From: Obrimoposthia wandeli
Lineage: Eukaryota
Reading direction: 5' to 3'
Assembly: GCA_977020255.1 (NCBI GenBank)
Contig: CDROCS010001209.1
Location: 186,001 to 250,000, forward strand
DNA: 64,000 nucleotides
Part shown: in pieces, positions 10,197 through 20,207 of the stretch
Layout: every line of letters starts with the position of its first letter
Position numbering within the stretch: position 1 is the stretch's first letter
Made by a program: the position numbers and the translations under genes
Notes under the pieces: generated by a model
What the model was told of the DNA's origin: nothing
The model's input: only the letters and a program-made list of their open reading frames with translations
Databases searched by the model: none

Positions 10197-10574
10197 CTAC
10201 TCACTAAAAACGCCAAGATAATCAAGTAACACTAATAAAGCGCCAGAGAGCCCTGAAAGCATGAGTAACCAATAAAATACAAAACCTAATACTTGATCAA
10301 ATTTCGTTGTGTTTTCAAATAAAACCGTTGCATTAGCATTCATAAATGAAAGAGGGCTCTTTTCTAATACACGGCTCCATGACTTGGGAAACGCTAACGC
10401 TTGTGCAACGTTAATAATATCCCAGCCACTCGCATACTCTACGCCAAGTAGATCTTTTGTTTTTGGGTTCTTTCTTAATTTTCGTACAGTGATTTGTCCA
10501 AATGCAACGAACAATATACCCGTCACCATTGAACTTAAAATTATAATCATAACAATTATTGTAGTCGGCTTCAT
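10197..10574 (-). CDS. Putative cognate immunity protein copy 1 (2-TM membrane protein)
   Basis: 125 aa with N- and C-terminal hydrophobic helices; ATGA overlap with the toxin-like gene. Confidence 0.75.
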   Translation of the reverse strand: MKPTTIIVMIIILSSMVTGILFVAFGQITVRKLRKNPKTKDLLGVEYASGWDIINVAQALAFPKSWSRVLEKSPLSFMNANATVLFENTTKFDQVLGFVFYWLLMLSGLSGALLVLLDYLGVFSE

Positions 10575-11548
10575 AAGCGGCTTAACTCTTTAGTAATAAT
10601 ATCGTAAGCATCACCACTATTATTTTTAATATAGCCATTTATTCCTATAGAAGTTGCAGCAGCCACTCCTGCAACAGCAACCCCTCCTACAATTAAGCCC
10701 ATCCAGCCGATGGGTGTCGCCACCATTAAAAACATTAAAGCAGCCCCGCCGGCCTTGACTGTTGCAGTTCCAGCCATTGCACTAGCAGCGAAACTACTCG
10801 ATTCAATAAACATCTCACGCTCCCAGTTACCACCGGCTTTATAGCTATTATGAATATTGCCCACACGGCTACCAAAGTCGATAACAGCAAGACCATTTCC
10901 TAAGAATTTTGCGTGCTTACTAAATTTAACAATATTGTCGGCTTGAACGGGGGTCATTATGTCTAGTTTTGCAATGCTTCTGCTACTTCTGGCGATACTT
11001 GCGCCTCTATCAAAATTAGCTAGCGGCGTACCACGACTAGATTTAACTTGACTGGATACAACCTTAACTTCGTGTTTAAAGCGATTTTGCATTTTATCAA
11101 ACGCGATTTTGGCTTTTTGTTTAGCGGCGGATTTTAAGGGAGATTTGGTTGTTGTGGCCTGTCGGTATTCCATTAAGGCTGATTGATAGTTTTTAACTGA
11201 GCCAACAAAACCATCCATTCTATTTGCGTAAATACTGGTTGATGCACCCATTAACCCTACATTGTATTCTTGCAGTTGAGCGTTAAGAGATGAAAGCGCA
11301 ATCAGATTGTCACCACCAAAAGACAACGCTAAATTGGTGAGGTTTTGTGAAATAGCTGAATTAGATAATTTTGCCAGTGTAGCCGACCCAATAGCGGGAT
11401 TCCCCCCTTTTAATAAATAAGGTCTCTTCGCGAGAATCATATCAGGATTAGTACAAGTAAGAGATGAAGCTAGCCCTATGTCAATACCGCACTCATTTTT
11501 AAACGCGCTGGCACTAAAAGTGCGATTACATAAAATCATCCTGCTCAT
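10571..11548 (-). CDS. Putative pore-forming toxin/effector with a colicin-like C-terminal hydrophobic hairpin
   Basis: The C-terminal GNW..E..S...A...(Gly/Ala-rich hairpin)...ATPIGWMGLIVGG pattern resembles colicin A/E1 channel domains by eye; no signal peptide; RBS AAGGA upstream. Confidence 0.6.
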   Translation of the reverse strand: MSRMILCNRTFSASAFKNECGIDIGLASSLTCTNPDMILAKRPYLLKGGNPAIGSATLAKLSNSAISQNLTNLALSFGGDNLIALSSLNAQLQEYNVGLMGASTSIYANRMDGFVGSVKNYQSALMEYRQATTTKSPLKSAAKQKAKIAFDKMQNRFKHEVKVVSSQVKSSRGTPLANFDRGASIARSSRSIAKLDIMTPVQADNIVKFSKHAKFLGNGLAVIDFGSRVGNIHNSYKAGGNWEREMFIESSSFAASAMAGTATVKAGGAALMFLMVATPIGWMGLIVGGVAVAGVAAATSIGINGYIKNNSGDAYDIITKELSRL

Positions 11549-11779
11549 TTGCTTTTTAAATTCCTTTTAAAATTTGAGTTATGATTTAGCGGCTTATCTT
11601 ACAATTGAAAGATAAATAGATAAAAATATCAGTTTCAATCTTTGCGATTGAAACCTCTTTTATTCCATTATGGGAAGCGCGTACGAGGGGAAGCATATTG
11701 TTTGATTGTATGGGCAGGAAAGGCTATTAATTTCGTATTTTGGTATGACCCGTTTTTTCGGACTAACCCGTTTTAAAAC

Positions 11780-11813
11780 AAAAAAAACGCCCCTGCATTA
11801 CTGCAAAGGCGTT
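11780..11813 (-). terminator. Rho-independent terminator of pta
   Basis: AACGCC...GGCGTT stem followed by a T tract on the minus strand. Confidence 0.65.
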
Positions 11814-11850
11814 CGATATTGTTTGTTTGTTTAGCTAAGCTAAGCAGTAA

Positions 11851-14007
11851 TTACTTCGCAGCGTCTTCAGTTTGCTGAGCCTGAATCGCAGTTAGTGCTA
11901 CTGTGTATACGATATCGTCTACTAGTGCGCCACGAGAAAGGTCGTTTACCGGCTTACGCATGCCCTGAAGCATAGGACCGATAGAAACTAGGTCAGCTGA
12001 ACGCTGTACCGCTTTGTACGTCGTGTTACCAGTATTTAGGTCTGGGAATACGAATACTGTTGCTTTACCCGCTACAGGAGAATTAGGCGCTTTAGAAGCG
12101 GCTACATTTTCCATAATTGCAGCATCGTACTGTAGAGGACCATCGATGATTAGATCAGGACGTTTCTCTTGAGCAATGCGTGTCGCTTCACGTACTTTAT
12201 CAACATCAGCACCCTTACCAGATGTACCAGTAGAGTATGAAATCATAGCAACGCGAGGTTCGATACCGAATGCTTTTGCAGAATCAGCAGATTGAATCGC
12301 GATTTCAGCAAGTTGCTCAGCATTTGGATCTGGGTTGATTGCACAGTCACCGTATACCAGTACTTGATCAGGCAGAAGCATGAAGAAGATAGAAGATACG
12401 ATAGAAGCATCAGGTGCTGTTTTGATGATTTGGAACGGAGGAACGATCGTGTTTGCTGTGGTGTGAACCGCACCAGAAACAAGACCATCAACTTCACCCG
12501 CTTCAAGCATCATTGTGCCTAGGAAAACAGAATCTTGAAGTTTTTCACGTGCAACAACGTCGGTCATGCCCTTCGCGCCGCGAAGTTCAACAAGACGTTT
12601 AACGTAGTTTTCACGTACAGTTTCAGAATCGATGATTGTAACACCAGCACCTAGTGTAACGCCTTGCTGTTCAGCAACACGTTTGATTTCTTCTGGGTTA
12701 CCAAGAAGAACACACTCAGCAATGCCGCGTTCAGCACAGATTGCAGCAGCTTTAACAGTACGAGGTTCGTCACCTTCAGGAAGAACAACACGCTTAGCGG
12801 CTTTACGCGCTAGCTCTGTTAATTCATAACGGAATGCTGGTGGGCTTAGACGACGCTCTTTAGCAGAGCCTTCAGTTAATGATTCAATCCACTGACCATC
12901 GATGTGGCTAGCCATGTATTCATTAACGAATTCTACACGTTCTTTATCGTCTGCTGGTACTTCAAGGCTGAAGCTCTGAAGATTCAGAGATGTCTGCCAA
13001 GTGTTACCTAGAGCAGTCATTACAGGTAGACCAGTTGCGAATGCACGCTCACAAAGATCCATCACTGGCTTAGGTAGCTCATAGCCGCCAGTAAGAAGAA
13101 GTGCACCGATTTCAACGCCGTTCATTGCTGCAAGACATGCCGCAACGATAACGTCAGGACGGTCTGCAGAAGTGACTAGTAGTGAACCAGGACGGAAGTG
13201 CTCAACCATGTGCGGAATAGAACGCGCACAGAAAGTGATGCTCTTGATACGACGAGTCGCAATCTCACCTTCGTTGATGATTTCAGCATTAAGGTGCGCT
13301 GCAATATCTGTCGAACGTGTTGCAATTAGCTCAGAGCTCCATGGTGCGCAACCAAGTACACGAATAGGGCTAGAGTTGTATACTTGCATTACTTCAACGT
13401 TTAGCGGAATAGTTGTACCGTCTACATCGTCAAAGATTTCAGATAGGTCAGGGCGAGTACGGCCTTCAGCATCTACAGGTGCGTTTAGTTTGTTAACAAT
13501 AACGCCTGAGATTTGCTTGTTTTTAATGCCGCCGAAGTTAGAGCATGCTACTTGGATACGCTCTTTTAGTTGTGCAGGGTTATCAGTACCGTGCGCAATA
13601 ACGAATACGATTTCCGCACCCAGCGTTTTAGCAATTTCATAGTTAATCTGGTTCGCAAATGGGTGTTTGCGAGTAGGTACAAGACCTTCGATTAATGCTA
13701 CTTCAGATTGAGAGGTTGACGCTTTGAAACGCGCTACTATGTCTTCTAGCAGTACATCACTTTGGTCGTTACGAAGAAGCTCTTCGGCACGTGCCATTGT
13801 AAATGGTTCTGCAATTTCCATATCGCTGTTAGCACGGATGATCGTTGTAGTCAGATCCGGCTGCTCACCACCATGACGTGGCTGTGCGATAGGCTTAAAG
13901 AAAGAAACACGAACGCCTTTGCGTTCCATTGCACGTAAAACACCAAGGCTTACGCTTGTTAGACCAACACCAGCGCCAACTGGGATGAGCATAATAGTAC
14001 GGGACAC
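11851..14007 (-). CDS. pta: Phosphate acetyltransferase (long form with DRTGG domain)
   Basis: GVGLTSVS N-terminus; [24 protein letters not shown] and PDLNTGN motifs. Confidence 0.97.
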   Translation of the reverse strand: MSRTIMLIPVGAGVGLTSVSLGVLRAMERKGVRVSFFKPIAQPRHGGEQPDLTTTIIRANSDMEIAEPFTMARAEELLRNDQSDVLLEDIVARFKASTSQSEVALIEGLVPTRKHPFANQINYEIAKTLGAEIVFVIAHGTDNPAQLKERIQVACSNFGGIKNKQISGVIVNKLNAPVDAEGRTRPDLSEIFDDVDGTTIPLNVEVMQVYNSSPIRVLGCAPWSSELIATRSTDIAAHLNAEIINEGEIATRRIKSITFCARSIPHMVEHFRPGSLLVTSADRPDVIVAACLAAMNGVEIGALLLTGGYELPKPVMDLCERAFATGLPVMTALGNTWQTSLNLQSFSLEVPADDKERVEFVNEYMASHIDGQWIESLTEGSAKERRLSPPAFRYELTELARKAAKRVVLPEGDEPRTVKAAAICAERGIAECVLLGNPEEIKRVAEQQGVTLGAGVTIIDSETVRENYVKRLVELRGAKGMTDVVAREKLQDSVFLGTMMLEAGEVDGLVSGAVHTTANTIVPPFQIIKTAPDASIVSSIFFMLLPDQVLVYGDCAINPDPNAEQLAEIAIQSADSAKAFGIEPRVAMISYSTGTSGKGADVDKVREATRIAQEKRPDLIIDGPLQYDAAIMENVAASKAPNSPVAGKATVFVFPDLNTGNTTYKAVQRSADLVSIGPMLQGMRKPVNDLSRGALVDDIVYTVALTAIQAQQTEDAAK

Positions 14008-14171
14008 TATGAATTCCTCAAACTATTGAATAATACAGCGCTGTTCGATAACGATTCTAAAGGCAGGTCGATCTGCAAATCAGAACAATTATGGAGCAAC
14101 GCCACAACAGACAATTGTATTACACATGAAAAAACGGCCAGCCTAGGCCAGCCGTTATAATAATCGTTAAA

Positions 14172-15368
14172 TTAGATAGCAGCTAGAAGCGCTGTATCTT
14201 CTGCGATAACTAGTTCTTCGTTAGTAGAAACTACCATTGCAGGTACACGGCTGTTTGCAGTCGTGATAACACCTTCGCCACCGAAGCGTGCTTTTAGGTT
14301 CGCGTCGCCGTCTACTTCGATACCGAAGATAGATAGACGGTTAAGTACCATTTCACGGATAGGTGCAGAGTTTTCACCGATACCACCAGTGAATACGATA
14401 GCGTCTAGACGGCCTTCCATTGTCGCTGCGTAGCTAGCTACGTACTTAGCTAGACGGTGACAGAATACGTCCATTGCACGTGTTGCTTCTTCTTTCTTGC
14501 CGTAGTTTTCTTCAACGAAACGACAGTCAGAAGTCACACCAGTAAGACCAAGTAGGCCAGACTCTTTAGTGAACATTGTGTTAATTTCAGCAACGCTCAT
14601 ACCTAGACGGTCGTGTAGGTGGAACATAACTGCAGGGTCAAGGTCACCACAACGTGTACCCATTACTAGGCCTTCTAGAGGAGTAAGACCCATAGAGATA
14701 TCTACAGATTTACCGCCTTTAATTGCACATACAGATGCGCCGTTACCTAGGTGACAGTTGATGATGTTTAGTTCATCAAGTGGCTTGTCTAGTAGTTTTG
14801 CTGTTTCACGAGCGATGAAACGGTGAGATGTACCGTGTGCGCCGTAGCGACGGATGCCGTTTTCTTTGTATAGACGGTAAGGAATCGCGTATAGGAACGC
14901 TTCCTGAGGCATTGTTTGGTGGAATGCTGTATCGAATACAGCAACGTTTTTAAGAGCTGGGAAGTTGTGCTTAGCAGCCTCAATACCAATAACGTGTGCT
15001 GGGTTATGAAGAGGCGCGAAATCAGACGCATCAATAACACCTTGAAGAACTACATCGTCAATAAGTGCTGATGCAGAGAACTGCTCGCCACCGTGAACGA
15101 TACGGTGACCGATAGCGCCTAGTGCGTCTTTAAGTTCTGGCTTAGAAGCAAGGATAGTGTCAACCATGAATGCTAGTGCTTCTTCGTGCGCAGCGCCTTC
15201 ACCTAGTTGAGCTTCGTGCTTACCATCAAGTTTCCATTTGATGCGTGATTCTGGAAGACCTAGACATTCTGCTAGACCTGTTAGGTGCTCTTCACCTGAT
15301 ACAGGATCAATGATTGCGAACTTAAGAGATGAACTACCGCAGTTTAGAACTAAAACCAGCTTAGACAT
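14172..15368 (-). CDS. ackA: Acetate kinase
   Basis: [32 protein letters not shown] and FTGGIGEN motifs. Confidence 0.97.
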   Translation of the reverse strand: MSKLVLVLNCGSSSLKFAIIDPVSGEEHLTGLAECLGLPESRIKWKLDGKHEAQLGEGAAHEEALAFMVDTILASKPELKDALGAIGHRIVHGGEQFSASALIDDVVLQGVIDASDFAPLHNPAHVIGIEAAKHNFPALKNVAVFDTAFHQTMPQEAFLYAIPYRLYKENGIRRYGAHGTSHRFIARETAKLLDKPLDELNIINCHLGNGASVCAIKGGKSVDISMGLTPLEGLVMGTRCGDLDPAVMFHLHDRLGMSVAEINTMFTKESGLLGLTGVTSDCRFVEENYGKKEEATRAMDVFCHRLAKYVASYAATMEGRLDAIVFTGGIGENSAPIREMVLNRLSIFGIEVDGDANLKARFGGEGVITTANSRVPAMVVSTNEELVIAEDTALLAAI

Positions 15369-15707
15369 GAGAGTGACTACCTATAATCTGTCTGTAGAAT
15401 TGATATTCGTGAGAATAAAAAAAAGTACCCATAGCGTAGACGACTTTTGATACAGTCAGTCTAAATCGGGTTAAATTTGTGCACTATCCGTAGGGCGAGA
15501 ATTGAGTAACCCACAATCCAGGGTCATCCTTGATGGCTGCTTTAGGTTGCCTAAATGGTAATTACAGGCAACAATTATCTTAAAGCGTGCTTAGGATAGC
15601 CGATTGTTACCCAATATAACAAAAAGATTTTAGAAAAATTTAATTTGAATCAAGTTTATTACCACTTTATTTTAATCTTTATGTTTTTTTTTGATGAATG
15701 GTGCTTT

Positions 15708-16157
15708 ATGACTCAACGTACGGTTTGGCAACACTTCCAAAATGGTCAGCAGTACATGGCAACATGGCCTATGCGCAAAGAGCTAGCAGCCATATTTCCA
15801 GAACAGCGCTACATTAAAGCGACAAAATTCGCGACTCGTGTTATGCCAGCCGTTGCAGTAATGAGTGTATTAAGCCAAATGGCATTCAATAACTATGGCG
15901 CGCTACCACAAGCGATGACGGTGGCACTATTTGCATTGACCATGCCTTTGCAAGGTTTGTGGTGGTTGGGTAAGCGCAGTCGAACGACGTTGCCACCTTC
16001 ATTAGCTATTTGGTATCGTGAAATTTATGAAAAGATCACCAGTGAAGGGCACGCAATGCAGCCGTTGAAAAAACAGCCTCGGTATCTTGAATTGGCAGAA
16101 GTATTGAATCGCGCGTTTAAGCAACTGGATAAAACATCGTTAGAAAGGTGGTTTTAA
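15708..16157 (+). CDS. yfbV: YfbV (DUF412) membrane protein
   Basis: GQQYMATWP and [11 protein letters not shown] motifs; divergent from ackA as in enterobacteria and vibrios. Confidence 0.9.
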   Translation: MTQRTVWQHFQNGQQYMATWPMRKELAAIFPEQRYIKATKFATRVMPAVAVMSVLSQMAFNNYGALPQAMTVALFALTMPLQGLWWLGKRSRTTLPPSLAIWYREIYEKITSEGHAMQPLKKQPRYLELAEVLNRAFKQLDKTSLERWF

Positions 16158-16221
16158 CGACAAATATGGTGTGATTTCGTGGAAGTCGTAAAATGATACC
16201 TACTATCAGAAAGAAGAAAGT

Positions 16222-16247
16222 AAAAAAGCCCTGAGTAAGGGCTTTTT
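16222..16247. terminator. Bidirectional terminator
   Basis: AAAAAAGCCCT...AGGGCTTTTT. Confidence 0.7.
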
Positions 16248-16355
16248 AGTTCAGGTTAATCACCTTCTGTTATTCGCCAGACGATAGTGAATGTATCAAG
16301 CTATCGTAAAGCCCAGCCAGTGTTGTTACCTTCAATATCATTAACAGCGAAATGT

Positions 16356-16667
16356 TTATTCGTCGTCAAATAAACCGTCTAGTGGCTTTTTAGTACGAAT
16401 GCCATCTTTAACTAAAATCTCAAGATAGAATGAAGTCAGTTCTAATTTCTCAGCTTCATCGATGCACTTGTTGATTTCTTTAAGGTGGATTACTTTTGCT
16501 TCTTGTTCGGTGTGACCAAACTTACAATCAAAATCCCAAAAATCGATACCAGAAGGAAGCTGCTTATTGCGCTCTCTTTTGATGTACTTTTTCACTTCAC
16601 TTTTAACTGATTCAACGATTCTTGGCACAGCTTTTTTTGGGTGAGTTAAAGCAAATGTTTTTTTCAT
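16356..16667 (-). CDS. Small conserved hypothetical protein (DUF6172-like)
   Basis: MKKTF.L...KYIKRERNK.LP.G.DFWDFDCKFG pattern. Confidence 0.6.
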   Translation of the reverse strand: MKKTFALTHPKKAVPRIVESVKSEVKKYIKRERNKQLPSGIDFWDFDCKFGHTEQEAKVIHLKEINKCIDEAEKLELTSFYLEILVKDGIRTKKPLDGLFDDE

Positions 16668-16990
16668 TGTTTTCCTAAATCTAAATAAGGGCTCAGAAAA
16701 GATAGAGCGCTAGGCATATTTTACTTCAATTCTACAACAGTAGCGACGGTGAAGTGGTATTTCAATTAATCCTAAGATTTTTATATGCATAGAGATAACA
16801 GGTAACTCTTTCATTTTTCATCGTTAATAAATATTTGTTGATTGATTAGAATACGGTAGAAGAAGAGGGGAGTAATGAGCGATTTGAGCGAGGCATGGTA
16901 TCAAACGTGACAAATTAATGCGTTGAGATAACCCCGTAATAATCTATATCTAATAATAAAGTTATACAGGGTCATGTTCCTTGAATTTAA

Positions 16991-17785
16991 TTAACTCAGT
17001 AAAAGGCTGTCATCCGCTAATTCTTCGCCCCGCACTTTACTGAACATTTCAAGCAGCTGTTTTACGCCCATTTTGTCTCGTTCTTGACCTTTAACGTCTA
17101 AAACGATTTCACCTTGGTGAAGCATGACAGTGCGGTCACCGTGCGCGAGGGCATCTTTCATTGAGTGCGTTACCATCATTACTGTGAGATCGAACTCTTT
17201 GACCACTTTTGTTGTAAGGGCTAGCACAAAAGCGGCCATTCTTGGGTCTAATGCCGCGGTGTGTTCATCGAGTAATAATAATTTACTGTCGGCTAATGTC
17301 GCCATGACTAAACTCACGGCTTGGCGTTGCCCACCTGAAAGTAAGCCAATACTGTCACCTAAACGATCTTCTAAACCTAAGCCAAGAATACTGATGCGTT
17401 CTTGAAAAAGTTTTCGGCGATTTGATGACAGCGCCATTTTCCAACTGCGTTGGCTGCCACGTTTATAGGCTAATGCCATATTCTCTTCAATCGTCAAAGA
17501 AGCACACGTGCCGGCTAATGGGTCTTGAAAAACACGCGCAGCGTATTGTGCGCGTTGATGAACAGATTTATCCGTTACATCAATATTATCAATTAATACC
17601 TGCCCATCGCTCATCGGGGTTTCGCCACTGACTGCGCCCAGTAATGTTGATTTTCCCGCACCATTTGAGCCAATCACAGTAACAAATTGTTTTTCTGGCA
17701 CCATCAAGTTAATACCACGTAGTGCTTGGTTTTCTAAAATAGTGCCTTCGTTGAAGGTAACGCGAATATCATTTAATTCAATCAT
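16991..17785 (-). CDS. ABC transporter ATP-binding subunit
   Basis: GSNGAGKST, LSGGQRQ and LLLDEH motifs. Confidence 0.9.
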   Translation of the reverse strand: MIELNDIRVTFNEGTILENQALRGINLMVPEKQFVTVIGSNGAGKSTLLGAVSGETPMSDGQVLIDNIDVTDKSVHQRAQYAARVFQDPLAGTCASLTIEENMALAYKRGSQRSWKMALSSNRRKLFQERISILGLGLEDRLGDSIGLLSGGQRQAVSLVMATLADSKLLLLDEHTAALDPRMAAFVLALTTKVVKEFDLTVMMVTHSMKDALAHGDRTVMLHQGEIVLDVKGQERDKMGVKQLLEMFSKVRGEELADDSLLLS

Positions 17786-17800
17786 CTTTAGCTTTACCTC

Positions 17801-18727
17801 CTAGGCGAGTTTTTTAGTGGTTGCTACGCGTTTCTTTTTGCGATTTAAGCTGTTTTTCATTTTGGGTGCAATTAAGGCAACGGCAACAAGAACAGCGGTG
17901 ATCAAATTAAGATCGGAGGCTTTAAGCCCGAACATACCTGAACTTAATGCAAACGCGACCGCGAGGCGATACAACACTGAGCCGACAATAACAGCGACCA
18001 CTGCAACCCATATTTTTCTACCAGAAATAAGGGTTTGTCCTAAGATAACCGCCGCAAGACCGACCACAATGGTTCCGACCCCCGAGGTAACATCAGCAAA
18101 GCTGTTTGTTTGGGCGAATAGAGCGCCAGAAAAACCGACAAAACCATTTGAAAGCGCAAGGCCAAGGTAGGTATATAACGCAGTGTTGCCGCCTTGCGCA
18201 CTTACCATGCGGCTATTCACGCCCGTTGCACGTAAACCTAAGCCAAAATCACTGGCTAACAAACGAATGATGAACCAAGCACTAAAGACCACAAGCAGAG
18301 CAACAACCAATAAGCGAATTAAATTAGAGTCAAAGCCGTAATCCATCGCAAAGTTTTCGAACGGGGTCAAAATAGTCTCTTCTCCTAAAAGAGCAAGATT
18401 AGGGCGACCCATAATGCGGATATTGATAGAGAAAGCGGCAATCATGGTCAGAATGCTGGCCAATAAATGCAAAATATTACAGCGAATGGCTAAGAATCCA
18501 GTCACTAAACCACAAGCACCACCTGCAAATATTGCCATTAACGTGGCAATCCATGGATTAATGCCTGCCACAATAGCGGTAGCAGCGACCGCAGCACCCA
18601 TAGGGAAACTGCCATCGACGGTTAAATCGGGAAAATCTAAAACGCGAAAAGTCAGGTATACACCAAGTGCAACCAATCCATACACTAATCCAATTTCTAG
18701 CGTACCGATGAAGGCAAAGAAAGACAT
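17801..18727 (-). CDS. ABC transporter permease (BPD_transp_2 type)
   Basis: Multi-TM; FPDLTVDGSFP and GLGLRATG motifs. Confidence 0.85.
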   Translation of the reverse strand: MSFFAFIGTLEIGLVYGLVALGVYLTFRVLDFPDLTVDGSFPMGAAVAATAIVAGINPWIATLMAIFAGGACGLVTGFLAIRCNILHLLASILTMIAAFSINIRIMGRPNLALLGEETILTPFENFAMDYGFDSNLIRLLVVALLVVFSAWFIIRLLASDFGLGLRATGVNSRMVSAQGGNTALYTYLGLALSNGFVGFSGALFAQTNSFADVTSGVGTIVVGLAAVILGQTLISGRKIWVAVVAVIVGSVLYRLAVAFALSSGMFGLKASDLNLITAVLVAVALIAPKMKNSLNRKKKRVATTKKLA

Positions 18728-18752
18728 CTATAACACTCCTTGTCTTATATGA

Positions 18753-18782
18753 AAGAGGCAAGAGTTATAGCTCTTGCCTCTT
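18753..18782. terminator. Intra-operon hairpin after the binding-protein gene
   Basis: AAGAGGCAAGAG...CTCTTGCCTCTT. Confidence 0.6.
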
Positions 18783-18794
18783 GCCATTTGAAAC

Positions 18795-19763
18795 TTATTT
18801 TGCGATTGAGGTTGCGCGTGCTAATACTGCCGCTGGGAAGGTAATCCCTAACTTCTTGGCCGCTTTTTGGTTTAAGGCAAGATCTGACCCTTTAGCGACA
18901 TGAACCGGTAAATCAGCGACTTTCGTGCCTTTAAGTAGTGCATCAACATAGTCTGCTGTTTGAATACCAACTTGGTAATAGTCAAAGCCCAATGCTGCAA
19001 GTGCACCATTTTCAATATAAGTAGTCGATGCGCCAATAATCGGTTTGTTTGCTTGGTTTGCTGCGTTCACTAGCCCATCAATCGCACTGGCAATAGTGTT
19101 ATCTGTTGGTGCGTAAATAACATCCACTTTTGATGCGATAATTTGCGCTGCTGATTGAACATCTGCACTTTTAAGCGCTGTGCCTTCTACGACTTCAATG
19201 CCTTTTGCTTTTGCGGCTTCACGAAGTAATTCAACTAACACAACAGCATTGGATTCACCAGGATTAAAGACCACACCGATACTTTTTAGGTTTGGAATGA
19301 TTTCTTGCATTAGTTCAACATGTTGAGCAACGGGTGATAAGTCAGAAAGACCGGTTACATTACCGTTGGGTTTTTCCATGTTTTTAACGAGTTTTGCGCC
19401 AACAGGATCAGTAACAGCTGTAAATACAACGGGAATAGAACGAGTAGAAGCGGCAAGGGCTTGTGCGGTTGGTGTTGCAATACCGACTAGGACATCTGGT
19501 TGTTCGCCGACAAATTGTTTGGCTATTTGAACCGCAATGGCGGGGTTACCCTGTGCTGTCTGATAAGTGAATTCAAGGTTTTCACCTTCGACGTATCCTT
19601 TTGCTTTTAAACCATCGAGTAAACCTTGGCGTGTGGCATCAAGAGCGGGGTGTTCAACGATTTGTGATACTGCGACTTTGGCAACATCAGCGAAGGCAGA
19701 TGCGGATGATAGTGCGAATGATGCCGCTATACCAGCCGCGATAAGTAGTTTTTTACCCTTCAT
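18795..19763 (-). CDS. ABC substrate-binding protein (ABC_sub_bind family; homologs bind aromatic amino acids)
   Basis: Signal peptide; QIVEHPALD, TAVTDPV and PTDNT motifs. Confidence 0.85.
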   Translation of the reverse strand: MKGKKLLIAAGIAASFALSSASAFADVAKVAVSQIVEHPALDATRQGLLDGLKAKGYVEGENLEFTYQTAQGNPAIAVQIAKQFVGEQPDVLVGIATPTAQALAASTRSIPVVFTAVTDPVGAKLVKNMEKPNGNVTGLSDLSPVAQHVELMQEIIPNLKSIGVVFNPGESNAVVLVELLREAAKAKGIEVVEGTALKSADVQSAAQIIASKVDVIYAPTDNTIASAIDGLVNAANQANKPIIGASTTYIENGALAALGFDYYQVGIQTADYVDALLKGTKVADLPVHVAKGSDLALNQKAAKKLGITFPAAVLARATSIAK

Positions 19764-20207
19764 TGCAAGCTCCTTGCTTTATTATTTTATCCATTTAGAG
19801 AGCCGTCTCTAGTTCGAACTGTGATCTCATAGGATAATGTTTTAGCGTAAAGCGAAAAGAAAGAACATCTAATTTTTAACAAGTCTGAAACATTACATCT
19901 ATCTAATATGTGGTTTGTTAATGAAATGGCGGGGGATTGATTTGAATTTTGGAGGTCGAGTAGTGTTTAAATGCTGTATTTTGGGTATCAGTCTGGTTAA
20001 TTATGTTTTATTGGAATTTTTGATAATATTGTTCTTAACTGACTTATTTTTCATGCTGAAAAACTCAAAGCCTATTCAGTTTCAAGAAAGGTCAATGCAG
20101 GATACTGAACCAGTAAAAGGGATATTTAGCTGTATCTCTCCTAAGTCCCCCACCAGCTGGCCGCCGATGGGGGACTACTCTTTTCTGGCTTGTTATTAGC
20201 AATTTCT

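Noticed and set aside
8193-10593. Plus-strand ORFs across the toxin array (8193-8618, 8615-8902, 9059-9373, 9388-9615, 10017-10229, 10309-10593)
   Set aside because: Antisense shadows of the minus-strand modules; they repeat only because the sense genes repeat
7230-11548. Possible CRISPR array or integron cassette array
   Set aside because: The repeats are protein-coding homology of variable length; there are no fixed-length repeat-spacer units, attC-type sites, cas genes or integrase
19915-20199. 94-aa plus-strand ORF
   Set aside because: TTG start, no RBS, compositionally biased AT-rich sequence, and it runs through a hairpin
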